A stretch of DNA of 64,000 nt, taken from positions 34,620-98,619 of the forward strand of contig CALVTQ010000124.1 of the NCBI GenBank assembly GCA_944362695.1, in the 5' to 3' direction. Positions 62,920 through 64,000 of this stretch are shown one piece after another (the first letter of the stretch is position 1; every line of letters starts with the position of its first letter). A program made the position numbers and the translations under genes. This stretch comes from an uncultured Clostridia bacterium. GTDB taxonomy: Bacteria > Bacillota > Clostridia > Christensenellales > Aristaeellaceae. The notes below the pieces were generated by a model. That model was not told the DNA's origin. It saw nothing but the letters and a program-made list of their open reading frames with translations, and searched no databases.

Positions 62920-63258
62920 GAGATATGGCATGAGCCGGGACGGGATTGACAGAAATCTGTGCAAAAAGTGCAATTCCTTGAAACATGACGGCATGCACGG
63001 TGTGCATCATGATAATTATGTAACGAAAATGCGGCGCGGAAAGGGCGTCTGCCTGAGGCCGGAAAGCGGAATGTATGAGGCGGAATGGGCGGAAAACGGC
63101 GTGCAATGAAATATCCAATAAGGTTATGCATATCTGCAATTGAATGTATCGTATATATAATGAAGTGATGCCCGGCAAAACGTCTGAAAATGCGAAGCGG
63201 GAGAAGGACTATTCTAAAAAAGCTAACGTAAAGTTGTTTGCTTTTAATTCGGCGAATA

Positions 63259-63287
63259 TTGACAAAACATTGAGGGTGCAATATAAT
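63259..63287 (+). promoter_or_regulatory. Consensus sigma-70 promoter ~350 nt upstream of LCP gene
   Basis: TTGACA (63259-64), 17-nt spacer, TATAAT (63282-87). Confidence 0.65.
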
Positions 63288-63643
63288 GGTATGGGATTTG
63301 TTTTACTGTGTGCATTGGGGCGGCGACGCCTTCCGCGGCGGATTGTGCCGGCAACCGTTTTCCCGGTTGGGAAGGCGATGGGCCGCGCCGTTCATACGGG
63401 GAAAAGCGTGCGCGGGATGGACCGCAGCGCCGCTGATGACGCAGAAAAGGGGCTTTTTCGCGCGGCTGAATTCAGATTCCGGCAATGAAGGGCATAGAAT
63501 CTGGATGACGGCACGCGAGACGCAGCCTCGCCGCCCATCGTGCAGGCAGTCTCACCGCATGCACGGCGAGCGACGCCAGGCCGTCGACCCCGCAAAAGAA
63601 TGCAGCCGCCGTTCAAAAAACCGAACCGATGCGGCTGTAAGAG

Positions 63644-64000
63644 ATGGGGGGATGGGCGCTGAAAAGAAGGCATGGAAGGCGCAGGTCCAGAAAGATCGTG
63701 CTCGTTTACGGCGCGGTCGGACTGTTGTTGGTCTGCGTGTTTTTGGGCGCGCTATGGTTTGAAAGACATTCGCAGAAGCCGGAGACGCGCGGAAGTCACA
63801 CGCAGCGCTACGAGTTTGACGAGCTGATCGAGCACGGCGGCGTCACCTACCGCGAGCTCAAGGACATGACGACGATCCTCGTGATGGGCATTGACAAGAG
63901 CAGCCCGAGCGAGACGGACGACATCATGGACTTCCGCGACGGCGGTCAGGCCGACTTCCTGCGGCTCATTGCGATTGACCCGCGCAACAAGGAGGTCATC
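63644..64000 (+). CDS. LytR-CpsA-Psr (LCP) family protein, 3' end outside the window
   Basis: Not in the ORF track (no stop in window). ATG 63644 follows an in-frame TAA. Basic tail, TM IVLVYGAVGLLLVCVFLGALWF, then TTILVMGIDKSSP...DFRDGGQADFLRLIAIDPRNKEV typical of LCP domains. Confidence 0.6.
   Translation, partial: MGGWALKRRHGRRRSRKIVLVYGAVGLLLVCVFLGALWFERHSQKPETRGSHTQRYEFDELIEHGGVTYRELKDMTTILVMGIDKSSPSETDDIMDFRDGGQADFLRLIAIDPRNKEVI

Noticed and set aside
54473-63643. Known riboswitch classes in the tagG and LCP leaders, and in the rmlA leader (1103..1240)
   Set aside because: I could not match conserved cores of cobalamin, TPP, SAM, FMN, glycine, T-box, c-di-GMP or ydaO-type elements by eye. 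Claiming a class without a covariance-model search would be unsupported.
63144-63762. ORFs 63144..63488 and 63286..63762 upstream of the LCP gene
   Set aside because: Both run through the consensus TTGACA-17-TATAAT promoter or its leader. They have Arg/Gly-rich composition and no RBS. The real downstream gene is in another frame, starting at 63644.
1-64000. Mobile elements, prophage, toxin-antitoxin, restriction-modification or other defence systems
   Set aside because: No transposase, integrase, recombinase, nuclease/helicase/methylase or phage structural signatures appear in any credible ORF. No flanking inverted or direct repeats typical of IS elements, and no marked GC shift apart from short AT-rich promoter regions.

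Overview
High-GC chromosomal segment with GGAGG-type ribosome-binding sites, CUT1 and Opp/Dpp-type ABC importers, TagGH and an LCP gene. This fits a monoderm Clostridia-like (Oscillospiraceae/Ruminococcaceae-like) genome; the taxon is inference only. I saw no rRNA, tRNA, CRISPR array, transposase, integrase, phage or recognisable defence genes. Almost the whole window is glycan-utilisation and cell-envelope DNA. Left to right: (1) the tail of a PAS/winged-helix regulator, rmlA-rmlC-rmlD without rmlB, and pyroglutamyl peptidase. (2) A minus-strand operon GH44 (secreted)-GH26 (cytoplasmic)-GH42, then two plus-strand GH26 genes carrying N-terminal CBM-like modules. (3) A 16-kb, 10-gene plus-strand operon (12398..28717). 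It joins two CUT1 permease pairs and two binding proteins (one 1060 aa with CBM-like modules) to an NHL-repeat surface protein, a Yip1-like membrane protein, a large DUF5696-like anchored protein and a secreted non-catalytic protein with three tandem ~121-aa repeats. (4) nagB and an AraC regulator. (5) A 15-kb operon: Opp/Dpp-type transporter, HAD-like protein, GH105/88-fold hydrolase, GH38 alpha-mannosidase, ROK kinase and three unknowns. (6) A second atypical cluster (45977..54340) in which CUT1 importer parts are interleaved with two HlyD-like adaptor proteins and a MacB/FtsX-like permease. (7) tagG/tagH-like exporter, GH31, GH43, GH2 and the start of an LCP gene. Most notable observations: the two unusual transporter clusters; four disrupted genes in the last 18 kb (two in-frame TAG codons, two 1-nt frameshifts); no TAG among the 46 gene termini I could verify; a 345-bp hairpin-rich insertion inside an operon; a duplicated 20-bp operator-like motif at a strong promoter; and long untranslated leaders in front of two cell-envelope genes. 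Family calls come from motif recognition by eye, not from searches.
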